This document shows positions 33,543 to 42,635 of a stretch of 64,000 nucleotides of DNA, piece by piece. The first letter of the stretch is position 1. Each line of letters starts with the position of its first letter. This DNA comes from Kofleriaceae bacterium (GTDB lineage: Bacteria > Myxococcota_A > Polyangia > Haliangiales > Haliangiaceae), in the NCBI GenBank assembly GCA_965223575.1, contig CBDCWZ010000010.1, positions 1 through 64,000 of the forward strand. The letters are read 5' to 3'. A model generated the notes under the pieces. The model did not search any database, had not been told where the DNA came from, and saw only the letters and a list, made by a program, of their open reading frames with translations. Both the position numbers and the translations under genes were made by a program.

Positions 33543-34661
33543 TCATGTCCCCTTGTAGACCAGCACTGGTTCCAAACGCCGGACGATGCGTGTAAGCGTT
33601 TTCTGTGCCCGCATTACTTTGTTGATGTTCTTATAGGCCCCGGGAGCCTCGTCTCGCAGACGGCCCGCGATGCGGTGATCGAACCAGATGCCAGTCATCT
33701 GCTCGACCAGTTTATTAATGCTGATTGCTCTTCGAGCCTCGGTTCGGCTGAGGCAGCGACCAGCACCATGAGAGCTTGAACACAAAGACTCGACATCGCC
33801 CCGGCCCTCAACGTGAAAGCTGGCACTACCCATTGATCCGGGGATAATCCCCGGTTCTCGTAAACGGGCTGAGATAGCCCCTTTGCGGTGAACCCACAGC
33901 AGTCGATCTTGGTGTTTCTCCTGTCTAACGAAGTTGTGATGACAGTCAAAGTACGACTCCCACCGTGCAACGCTGCCGGTGACGTCTTCCAACCTGCGTG
34001 CGACGACCTCGGCCATGCGCCGTCGACTCAGCCGCGCATAATCAAGAGCCCACTTGAGATCGTGCAAATAGGCTTGCCCAAGCGACGAATTCGCAGGCAT
34101 CGAGCGTAGACCTCCGTCGGCACCACCATGATGTTCACGGATACCCTGGCCGATCCCACGGGATCCGCTGTGCACCATCAACCACAGCGCGTTCTCGGCA
34201 TCGCGTTGAAATTCGATGAAGTGATTTCCGCGCCCCAGTGTTGCGAACTGCGTCCTAGCGATTTTGGTTTTCTTCTTTTCCAGAGACGACACCGACAGTT
34301 TTCGACTGGCTAGCTCGTCGGGAAGCCTTGCGTTGACTGATCTGTGACTCGACGTAGGCACTTGATTCGCCAGCATCGTGAGCACGCGAGCCGCCATAAT
34401 TCGGTCGTTTAGAAGGTTCGCGTCAGTATCAAATCGCAGCGCCGACATCCCACAACCAATATCGCCTCCCACGGCATCGGGAAAGAGATGGCTGTGCGTT
34501 GCGACGACGGTACCAACGCACACCGCTTTGGCAAGATGTACATCGGGCATCACTGCGACCACAGCGACGTCCTGCAACTCCGCGATCCTATCCAGCGCCC
34601 TGCGAACGTCCGCTGGTAGCGCGTCATGGGTCCACGTTCGGACAGGCATGCGGCTACTCAT
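33543..34661 (-). CDS. rtcB: RtcB RNA 3'-phosphate/5'-OH ligase
   Basis: MPDVHLAK...GGDIGCGM, GRGNHFIE, HSGSRG.G, GSMG..S, SSSHGAGR motifs. ATG at 34661 with GGAGG 8 nt upstream. Confidence 0.85.
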   Translation of the reverse strand: MSSRMPVRTWTHDALPADVRRALDRIAELQDVAVVAVMPDVHLAKAVCVGTVVATHSHLFPDAVGGDIGCGMSALRFDTDANLLNDRIMAARVLTMLANQVPTSSHRSVNARLPDELASRKLSVSSLEKKKTKIARTQFATLGRGNHFIEFQRDAENALWLMVHSGSRGIGQGIREHHGGADGGLRSMPANSSLGQAYLHDLKWALDYARLSRRRMAEVVARRLEDVTGSVARWESYFDCHHNFVRQEKHQDRLLWVHRKGAISARLREPGIIPGSMGSASFHVEGRGDVESLCSSSHGAGRCLSRTEARRAISINKLVEQMTGIWFDHRIAGRLRDEAPGAYKNINKVMRAQKTLTRIVRRLEPVLVYKGT

Positions 34662-35082
34662 TGCCAACCTCCTGTTCCCAATTCCCGTCACTCATCGCCT
34701 TCGCTGGAACAACCGTGAAGCGCAGCATCGGGACGCGCTTACGGTTGATGGCCTTGGCAACTTCGCTGCGAAAATAGCCGGCTGCTCGATCCAATATCTG
34801 ATGCATCCCCTCATAGTCATAGTCTCCTTCTGATGTGACCAGCACCCGCAACTGTGCAGCACCTCCCTGTGGTTCCACGGAGGCGACGTAGACACCCCTA
34901 AGAAATGGATTGGCGGAGCACGCGAGAGCGATCGCAATGGCCTCTTCTACCTGCCTGCAGAGCTGGATTGTTTTGGTATCTACCCTGTGAGGGTCAGAAA
35001 ATACGGATTCTTCTTCGTTACTTGAGCCAACAAGGCCCTCATACGCGCAATCATTTCTGCGCCGTTTCTTGCGTGAAGTCAT
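34654..35082 (-). CDS. RbfA-like (ribosome-binding factor A fold) protein with a basic N-terminal extension
   Basis: R....LCRQVEEAIAIAL......L.GVYV.SVE......L.V.V.....D.......L..A.GYFRSEVAKAI..KRVP.L.F pattern. Its stop overlaps the rtcB start (ATGAGTAG). Confidence 0.5.
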   Translation of the reverse strand: MTSRKKRRRNDCAYEGLVGSSNEEESVFSDPHRVDTKTIQLCRQVEEAIAIALACSANPFLRGVYVASVEPQGGAAQLRVLVTSEGDYDYEGMHQILDRAAGYFRSEVAKAINRKRVPMLRFTVVPAKAMSDGNWEQEVGNE

Positions 35083-36177
35083 GCTTCTCCCATTGCGTGG
35101 CAGGCAGACGCCAGCCACACGTCATCAATCAGACGTTTTCAAACGGGTCTCAAATCCGGCGTCAACCCTCTCAGGGACACCGTGAGAGCTAGAAGACGCG
35201 GGAAGTAAAACCCACGAACGAAAGCATGTTGGCAAGATCGGACATGATGGCCTCCTGTGGTTCTTTTAAGATACCGGCACATCGCCGATTTGGCAAGCAG
35301 ATTCTACTAGTGCGATCAGATCTCGACTGGTCTCGGCAAACAGATGTACCCGTGGCCGGGTCCGATAAGAGCGTTAGCGAGCCGGCAGGCGAAAACCGTA
35401 GCGGTAACCCTGGTCAGAATAGCGTAAGGATTCGACCTGGAATCGAGCTGGAAAGTCAGTTTCCAGCCGTTTTAGAAACTCGGTCAGGCGAGGCCCGTTG
35501 CGGTCAGCGAGGCGGCGATTGTCACCGGGGGGCAATAAACGATTTGGAAATGTCAAAATCACCTTTTTTTAGTCCTAGTTGGGTTAAGTGGAGCTAAAAC
35601 TGGTAGCGTTGATTGAGTTTTTGAGGATGAACAAGTCAAGAACTACATTGAGATCGAGCGTATTCCGTACATACTTGTTAGTCTTATCGCTTGCATGGAT
35701 CTCGTGTGGGCGAGTTGGCTTTGATGCTACGGCAATAGACGATCGTAGCAACCGCGATGCCGGAGACACGAATATTCAAGTCACGGATGGCCTGGTTGCC
35801 CGCTACTTGGTTGCGGGAACGGGACTCACCGACGAATTTGGCGATGGCCCTACCGGAACAAATCCTAGAGCAGGCATCCTTAGGACGACGCACCCATAAG
35901 TTACGAGAAACTTCTTGCGTTTTGCGTCGATTTCGCTAACCTAATTGAATCTCCATTGTCGGGGAGCCAAAGAACATGATTGCTTCGTACTTCATTTAAT
36001 CCCTCCTGCCAAAGCGAACTGTCCAGTTTGATTTAGGCGTCGGCATCACGAGCACAACGTGCTCATTGTTGGTGGCGACATGAGGTTCAGCGGATTCATC
36101 GTTGCAACGCGCGCATGTTTGATCGCAGGTGCGCAAACGCCGAGATGTGTCTGCTGGCGCAGGAGAAGGATAAGCAG

Positions 36178-37551
36178 ATGAAGTTTAAGTCAAAACCGAT
36201 AGAAGAGCATCTCGAAGTACCGCTTCCCGACGATGGTCGTTGGGAGGAAATCGTCGCCCATTGGGCACGACGAGACGGCTCCAGGGCCACAACAAACAAC
36301 GAAAACAATTTGTGCTACGTCGTTGCCGTCGCGCTGCGAGATGAGCTTGAACCACGCGGAAGTCTCGCCGAGCTCATGAGTCTTGTGCGCACCCAGGGTG
36401 ATGCCATCGTAGGTCATGAGACCCACCGCGTAAGCAAGCCCAATCCTCGCTTGCTTGTCGGTGTCGGGACCGCCAAGGATATCGGCCAAAGGGCTACCGA
36501 ATGTGGCGCAGATATGCTCGTGATTGACGCCGAGCTCAGTCCCTCACAAACGCGCAACCTCGAAGACGCGACCGGATTTGCAGTCTGTGATCGTGAGGCG
36601 GTCATCCTCAATGTATTCCAGCGCCATGCAAAAACGCAGAAAGCTCGGATTCAGGTTGAGATTGCACATCTCGAATATCTCCGACCGAGGATCCGTGGCA
36701 TCGGATTGGTGATGGACCAACAAGCAGGTGGAATGGTGAACAGCCGAGGGTCAGGCGAGACCGCCTCCGAGCTCCTGGCCCGGCGGCTCGACGGCCGATT
36801 GGCCGTGCTGCGTAAGGCATTCAGCAAGCTGGCTAAATCTGGAACCGTTCAACGCCAAAAGCGCACGACGTGCAAACGAATCGTCTTGGTCGGGTACACA
36901 AACGCTGGAAAGACCTCACTGATGAACACCATGACCTGTGCTGGGCTGTCCGCAGCCGACCGACCGTTCGAAACATTGGACACTACCTCGCGCTGCTTAA
37001 CGCGGCACGGTGGAGATGTCCTCGTCAGCGACACGGTTGGTTTCATCCGCAATTTGCCTGATCGTCTATTCGCCAGCTTCGAATCGACCCTGTCTGAGAC
37101 ACTAGAGGCATCGCTACTCGCGCTGGTTGTCGATGCTTCTGATCCAGAACGCGAGTTGCATTTGCGAACCAGTGAAGAGCTCCTGGCCCGACTCGGTGCC
37201 GATAAAATCCCTCGGCTGTATGTGTTTAATAAGATCGACCGTCTCAACCTTCAACCTTATCAGGACAGCTTAGATAACCTGAGTCGAGGTCACGAGCACA
37301 TTGCCGTTTGCAGCCACGAGGCTGGAGATGTCGCACGACTCAAGGAGACGCTGTTGCGGCTGGCCCGGCAAGAGCAACAAGTCTGTCGCGTATTCCTCTC
37401 GTACGCATCGACAAAGGCGATTGCCACCGTCTATGCCAAGTGCCGTGTGATCTCGGTAAAGTCAACACAGGACGGGCTTCAGTTCACGATCGCCGGAGAA
37501 CCACACGTCGTTGCCAAGATTCGGTCAGCGAGCGAGGAGATACAACAATGA
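36178..37551 (+). CDS. hflX: HflX GTPase
   Basis: LSPSQTRNLE, VILNVFQRHAKT..A..QVE.A.L.Y..PR, GYTNAGKTSLMN, DTVGFI..LP..L...F..TL. Confidence 0.85.
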   Translation: MKFKSKPIEEHLEVPLPDDGRWEEIVAHWARRDGSRATTNNENNLCYVVAVALRDELEPRGSLAELMSLVRTQGDAIVGHETHRVSKPNPRLLVGVGTAKDIGQRATECGADMLVIDAELSPSQTRNLEDATGFAVCDREAVILNVFQRHAKTQKARIQVEIAHLEYLRPRIRGIGLVMDQQAGGMVNSRGSGETASELLARRLDGRLAVLRKAFSKLAKSGTVQRQKRTTCKRIVLVGYTNAGKTSLMNTMTCAGLSAADRPFETLDTTSRCLTRHGGDVLVSDTVGFIRNLPDRLFASFESTLSETLEASLLALVVDASDPERELHLRTSEELLARLGADKIPRLYVFNKIDRLNLQPYQDSLDNLSRGHEHIAVCSHEAGDVARLKETLLRLARQEQQVCRVFLSYASTKAIATVYAKCRVISVKSTQDGLQFTIAGEPHVVAKIRSASEEIQQ

Positions 37552-39161
37552 AAGTCACAAACCGAAAAGACTCCGGGCAATTGCTACTGCAAGCCAGACG
37601 ACTGGACATCCATGCGCCCGGTGGAAGACCTCTGTTTCGCGACTTGAACATCAACCTGGAGAGAGAACGTGTTGCTCTAATCGGTCGAAACGGCGCGGGC
37701 AAGTCGTCGCTCCTCGAAGTTCTTTCCAAACAAGCGAATCCACGTGCCGGTGAGGTTGTCGTGAATGTCGATTCCGTTCTCGTTGGGCAGCACCTAGATC
37801 CGGTGTGGATCTCAGAGATGGTGCGTAGCCGTTGGGGCGGATGCACTGAAGTTTGGGCGGATGAAGTATCCGGTGAACTTGCAGAAGCAGGCCTACCACT
37901 ATTGCCTCCGCTGTCCGAGATTCCGCGTTGGAGCCGAGGAGAGATGAGAAAGGTCTGCCTTGTGACGGCCAAGACTGCTAGGCCCGAGTTGCTGTTTCTG
38001 GACGAGCCCTCACAAGATCTGGATGACGCTGGTCTCAACTGGCTGACAACGTGGCTGGCCGATTTTCGCAGCGGCCTGATGCTCGTTTCTCATGACAGAA
38101 GACTTCTGCGATACTTTTCCCACTTCTTCATCGTGGCCGAGTCGGGCTGCGATTACTTTCGCGGGTCCCTGGCCAATCTTGAGCGAGAACTGGTGCGGCG
38201 AAGTACGGATGAGCAAGCGCGCTATGTCCGCAACCTCAACGTTCTTATGGAGCGCGAACAACACAATGAGAGAGTGAACAGTCGACGTCGCCGCAAAAAG
38301 AATCTTGGCCGCATCCATGAGATTCGGCGTGCTCCGTCGCGAGCGAAACTCAACGAAAACCGCGGCTACGCCCAAGAGAGTCAAGGCAAGCGCAGTCGCA
38401 TACGCAAACAGCGAATCGGAGCGGTACGAACCTGGGCCAAGGCAACGCGGCGGGCGCTCGCGGTGACGCTACCGTTACAGGCCGTGATGCCACGCTTACC
38501 GGATAGTGATAGCCGTGACAATATCGTACTTGAGGGAGTGAGTGCGACGGTAGGTGGGCGCAGGCTGTTTGCGGCACTCGACTTGCGCATTCGGCGCCAT
38601 CGAGTTGCGGTGATGGGAGCCAATGGGGTCGGGAAAACAACCTTGCTAAGGATGATGTTGGGACACACCGCTCCGAATGCTGGAGCAGTCAAGCTCCGCT
38701 CGCAACAGATCGGCTCGATCGCCCAGGGAGCGACAGACTGGATGTTGGAGGAGAGTCTGTTGTCGTGTCTGCTGAAATGCGGACAAGAGAATTCTCCAGA
38801 GACCCTGGCTCAACTCCTTGTTGGCCACAGGTTTCCGCTTGCCCTCGCCGAACGCTCACTTCGTTCTCTAAGTCCGGGCGAGCGACTTCGCGCAGCGCTG
38901 ATATGTTTGTTCCAACGTTTCCCACCGATCGAGCTCCTCGTGCTAGACGAACCAACCTACAGTCTTGATTTTAGTGGAGCCGTCGCACTGCGTGCGGTTC
39001 TCAGCGAATGGCGGGGGGGTCTGGTCGTTGCCACCCACGATTACGACTTCGTAGCGTCTATTGGGATCGAAAAACGAATCTGGTTCGACGGAAATGGGAG
39101 CCACGAGATTTCTACTTTGACTGCGGCGGAATCGTGTCCCAACCTCGCCGACCACGCATAA
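37548..39161 (+). CDS. ABC-F family ATPase (two ABC domains, Arg/Lys-rich interdomain linker, no TMD)
   Basis: Walker A GRNGAGKSS and GANGVGKTT. Signatures WSRGEMRK and LSPGERLR. Walker B LLFLDEP and LLVLDEP. The ATG overlaps the hflX stop (ATGA 37548-37551). Confidence 0.75.
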   Translation: MKVTNRKDSGQLLLQARRLDIHAPGGRPLFRDLNINLERERVALIGRNGAGKSSLLEVLSKQANPRAGEVVVNVDSVLVGQHLDPVWISEMVRSRWGGCTEVWADEVSGELAEAGLPLLPPLSEIPRWSRGEMRKVCLVTAKTARPELLFLDEPSQDLDDAGLNWLTTWLADFRSGLMLVSHDRRLLRYFSHFFIVAESGCDYFRGSLANLERELVRRSTDEQARYVRNLNVLMEREQHNERVNSRRRRKKNLGRIHEIRRAPSRAKLNENRGYAQESQGKRSRIRKQRIGAVRTWAKATRRALAVTLPLQAVMPRLPDSDSRDNIVLEGVSATVGGRRLFAALDLRIRRHRVAVMGANGVGKTTLLRMMLGHTAPNAGAVKLRSQQIGSIAQGATDWMLEESLLSCLLKCGQENSPETLAQLLVGHRFPLALAERSLRSLSPGERLRAALICLFQRFPPIELLVLDEPTYSLDFSGAVALRAVLSEWRGGLVVATHDYDFVASIGIEKRIWFDGNGSHEISTLTAAESCPNLADHA

Positions 39162-39172
39162 AACTGCACCCG

Positions 39173-39532
39173 TTACTTTTCTCTGTTGAGCGCAAGCGCC
39201 TGCTTCAAATAGTATTTGATGGCGGCTTTGTTCATCTTTTTGAGAGGTACGACTCTCATTACTTTTCCGTTTCCGGTCAGCAACCCGTATTTGTCCTCCA
39301 TCCGTGCGCCTTTCAAAAAACCGATATCAATTCCATACTTCATCGTCCGCATGTGACAAATTCCAGCTTCTGAATCGGAGTAGGTCGTGATTCTGTCTTT
39401 TTTGATTTCGACGATTCCTTTAGTCCCAAGCAGCAATTTTCGTGCTTCGAGGAACAGTTCCTTGTGTTCTGATTTTATATCCTTGTTGAATTGCATGTTT
39501 TCCTCAATGGAACGTGAACTGAAAACTTTCAT
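39173..39532 (-). CDS. DUF1801-like protein
   Basis: Size and pattern (..ITTYSD...ICHMRT.KYGIDIGFLKGA..) resemble the YdhG/DUF1801 family. Low certainty. Confidence 0.4.
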   Translation of the reverse strand: MKVFSSRSIEENMQFNKDIKSEHKELFLEARKLLLGTKGIVEIKKDRITTYSDSEAGICHMRTMKYGIDIGFLKGARMEDKYGLLTGNGKVMRVVPLKKMNKAAIKYYLKQALALNREK

Positions 39533-39566
39533 GAAAGTACAGCCAACTGAAAACACTAGAGCTTAT

Positions 39567-40373
39567 CTAAAACTCTATCGGCAAAAGTACCTCCGTCTGC
39601 AGCTTCTCGGGGGGGACGTCCGCCGGGTCGTTTAGATAAATCTCTCGCATTGAATCGCGTTGGACGTGGCCTCGTTCTTGTGCCCATGCAAATAGTGCGT
39701 GATAGGCGACCCCCAGCTGATCGTAGCTACCGCTATGGGTAAGCCACGCCACTGGTCCTCCAGTGATCGTATCAATGTCTGCTTTTTCGAGTTTAGGAAA
39801 GGGAGCTCGAACCCCAACACATGCGTGGACAATGACTTTCCCATCGGGCCGTGGATCCTCGTTAATACACATCACCGGAAGCTCAAAGCTTCGGCTGGCC
39901 TTCTCCAACTCAGCAAGCACATCGTAGATCAGAGCACCTGACTCGTCGACCATTCGATCAAATGATGTAATGCAACTTCGCTTTGCAACTGTGTAGTCGG
40001 GCTCGGTTCGAATTGCTGCGCTGTACGGGGCAAGGTTACCTGCCTCAGCCAGTTTCTCAATCGATCGCAGGGCATGCTTCTTTTTGCTTAGCTCACGCGC
40101 AACACGCTGCTGTTCTTCTTGCAACAGTTGACGGAGCGTATCTCCTTGGGCATGAATCATGGCGCGAACGGAACTGACCGGCACGTCCAAGGAGCGAAGC
40201 ATGCCGATCATCACCGCAGTCCGGGCCTGCTCTCTGGAATAGTAGCGGTAGCCGGTTTGCGGATCGACATGAGCTGGCTCGAGCAATCCCTCCTTAGCGT
40301 AGTGGCGCAAAGCTTTGATGCTCAATCGACAGGATTTCGAAAACTTTCCTATAGGCATCAAGGATTTCGCCAT
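39567..40373 (-). CDS. MerR-family regulator with a GyrI-like effector domain
   Basis: IGKFSK.C.LSIKALRHYAKEGLL.P..VDP.TGYRYY HTH, plus a GyrI-like C-terminal half. Confidence 0.75.
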   Translation of the reverse strand: MAKSLMPIGKFSKSCRLSIKALRHYAKEGLLEPAHVDPQTGYRYYSREQARTAVMIGMLRSLDVPVSSVRAMIHAQGDTLRQLLQEEQQRVARELSKKKHALRSIEKLAEAGNLAPYSAAIRTEPDYTVAKRSCITSFDRMVDESGALIYDVLAELEKASRSFELPVMCINEDPRPDGKVIVHACVGVRAPFPKLEKADIDTITGGPVAWLTHSGSYDQLGVAYHALFAWAQERGHVQRDSMREIYLNDPADVPPEKLQTEVLLPIEF

Positions 40374-40381
40374 TTTTTCTC

Positions 40382-40792
40382 CTAGCCCTCAAGATGATAC
40401 TTGCGAGCAAACTCTGGTGAGGGTGGGATCATCTTAACAACATCAACCAATAATCCATTGGGGTCAACTGTCATAAAGTGTCGCTGACCCCACTCTTCGT
40501 CGCGAAGCGGGCAAACAATTTTGTATCCGACCTCTTGTGCCTTTTGATACACCGAGTCCACATCATCTAGCTCAATAGTAATCACCACGCCCTGCGGAGA
40601 ATCCTGGAACTCCACCGGCACACTGGAATGACGTCTCTGAACAAACGCAATCTGAAGATTTTCATCCGTGGGGGACCGTAGTTGAATGTACCAGTCGATC
40701 TCAAACACGAGTTCAAAATTCAGGAGCGACGTATAAAATTCTTTAGACTCTATTAGATGGTCTGAACAAATATCGGGAAACAGACTTTTCAT
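40382..40792 (-). CDS. VOC (glyoxalase/bleomycin-resistance) family protein
   Basis: Size and ..FY...L.F......DWY.Q......L.I.F..., ..WGQRHF...DPNG.L.D pattern. AAGGAG RBS before the ATG at 40792. Confidence 0.6.
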   Translation of the reverse strand: MKSLFPDICSDHLIESKEFYTSLLNFELVFEIDWYIQLRSPTDENLQIAFVQRRHSSVPVEFQDSPQGVVITIELDDVDSVYQKAQEVGYKIVCPLRDEEWGQRHFMTVDPNGLLVDVVKMIPPSPEFARKYHLEG

Positions 40793-40824
40793 CGCTAACT
40801 CCTTGGGTTGATGGAAGTGTTTCC

Positions 40825-42606
40825 ATGGTCGAGTCTCCCCTAAGAGGAGAGTCAAGGCTAGGAACTGTCCCAGAATGCGAATTTTCGCGAACGGTGTGGC
40901 ACATCGGCAGGGAACAGGGCCCCACGGCCCCGGGTAGGGTTCAAGTCAGCTTTTGCAAAGTGGTACGAAATGATAACTTCGGCCATACTGCATGGGTGAT
41001 AGGGCCTGGAGATCACAAACACATTTTGCTTTCGAAGCATGCAGAGGCAAAAGCAGCACTTGTTTGCCTCACTCATCCCTGGTCCATCGCAGCGGTGATG
41101 ATTCTCGCATTGAATGATCATGTCTTTAAAGGATTTTGGCCGGGCTGGACGACTGGAAAGTTGAGCGACTTTGCGGGTTTGTTTTTCTTTCCATTTATCG
41201 TGATTACTTTGGCGGGAATTTTCTTTTCCGCTCGGCACCGGTCCCCCCTACGGGTAGGCCGAGTGGCATTTTGCATTGTCGCTGTCTGGTTTGCTGGCGC
41301 AAAGGCGATCCCGTTTATTCATATGGCGACGACCGGCGCTGTTTCGACATTTTTGGGGCCAGTGCAAATTGTCCGTGATCCGACCGATATCATTGCGCTC
41401 CTCTCACTATGGCCTGCATGGCGACTGTACAAAGAGGTTGTTGTTCGCCCTACCGGGCGAAGTCTCAACTCTCTTCGCTTCCTCGTCGTAGGGGCAACCG
41501 TCCTTGTGACTGGCGCCACCCAGCCGCCACCACCACCACCTGCGATTGGGGCCCTTATCACCCACGATCAAAAGCTGTTCGCACCAACCACCAGGGAGCT
41601 CTACTCCACTACTGACGGAGAGAACTGGAGTTCGCAAGGATCCGTGATCGAGTTAGACGGAAAAATTGGCTACGCACAAAATGTACTACCTGAGGAAGTT
41701 GAGAAGGCACATATAAAACGCAAGCAACTGATTGTTCCTGGCCAACCTCCACGTACATACAAACTCGATGGACGCAAAATCCTCCAAGAAAAGGACGGGC
41801 GGTGGGAAGCAGTTTGGGAAGTGTCCATTTCGCGCCAGGAGTATATGCGTGTGGCCGGGGCACACGATTGGGAGTTGGTCGACATCGCCGTGGTGCCACA
41901 AAAACCGGATACGGTCGTGGTCGCGGCACTGACCCAGGGAATCATCATCGGCAGCCCCGACGGCACTTGGAGTTGGGATGGGTCAATGGTTGGTGGCCGT
42001 CCACCGCGGGCTGGTATTGCAGAGCTCGGCGCGCTTATATTGCCAGGCCAGCTCTTGTTCGCGATATCTGCCGCTTTTTTGGCGTGGATCCTTGGCAGCC
42101 TGTTTATTTGGATGCAGCCCAATCCATCTACGATTGCGAAAGCCACATCGCTTCTACCCAAACGCGGACTCCGCGCCAGACTCTGGCACCGTTGGGTACG
42201 CCTGTGTGATCGACTGAGAAACTTACAAGTTGATATTGGACTATTCTTCTTGGCCTTAACCTCACTTATCGTTCCGGGCTTAGTGTTTGCTGGCTTTTCC
42301 CAACCATTTCAGTTGGTCAGTTCATATAGTGCGGTTCCCCTCGAACTGTTTGCAGGTGTCGTGTTTGTAGCCCTATTGCTGTCCTATCTGGTTGCCAATC
42401 ATGGCTGGAAGCGATTTTCTCGTCTCTCCTCGGCTCGGAGTAATATTCGCAAGGGGCGCAGCGAAGCTCTCATGGCCGGCGCGACTGCACTCGCGGCCAT
42501 GTGCCTTTGGGATCTAGGGGTGATTGGCTTCCTTCGCAGCGCCTTTTCACTGGCGTGTTTTGGCATTTTCGCGGCGGTGGTATTGCGACTCACGAGTGAC
42601 ACGTAG
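40825..42606 (+). CDS. Integral membrane protein of unknown function (start uncertain)
   Basis: Multiple hydrophobic segments at both ends and a soluble central region. No family recognised. Confidence 0.4.
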   Translation: MVESPLRGESRLGTVPECEFSRTVWHIGREQGPTAPGRVQVSFCKVVRNDNFGHTAWVIGPGDHKHILLSKHAEAKAALVCLTHPWSIAAVMILALNDHVFKGFWPGWTTGKLSDFAGLFFFPFIVITLAGIFFSARHRSPLRVGRVAFCIVAVWFAGAKAIPFIHMATTGAVSTFLGPVQIVRDPTDIIALLSLWPAWRLYKEVVVRPTGRSLNSLRFLVVGATVLVTGATQPPPPPPAIGALITHDQKLFAPTTRELYSTTDGENWSSQGSVIELDGKIGYAQNVLPEEVEKAHIKRKQLIVPGQPPRTYKLDGRKILQEKDGRWEAVWEVSISRQEYMRVAGAHDWELVDIAVVPQKPDTVVVAALTQGIIIGSPDGTWSWDGSMVGGRPPRAGIAELGALILPGQLLFAISAAFLAWILGSLFIWMQPNPSTIAKATSLLPKRGLRARLWHRWVRLCDRLRNLQVDIGLFFLALTSLIVPGLVFAGFSQPFQLVSSYSAVPLELFAGVVFVALLLSYLVANHGWKRFSRLSSARSNIRKGRSEALMAGATALAAMCLWDLGVIGFLRSAFSLACFGIFAAVVLRLTSDT

Positions 42607-42635
42607 CTTCCTCGCGCCGCGGGCCCGTGCATGTC

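Noticed and set aside
35130-36115. A roughly 1 kb ORF-poor stretch as a large ncRNA (tmRNA was suspected because of ggattcgacctgg)
   Set aside because: There is no tRNA-like 3' end (..GGTTCGA..CCA) or tag ORF, and no RNase P, SRP or 6S core motifs. It contains short plausible ORFs (62 aa on the minus strand; a truncated lipoprotein at 35630-35899). I cannot support an RNA gene.
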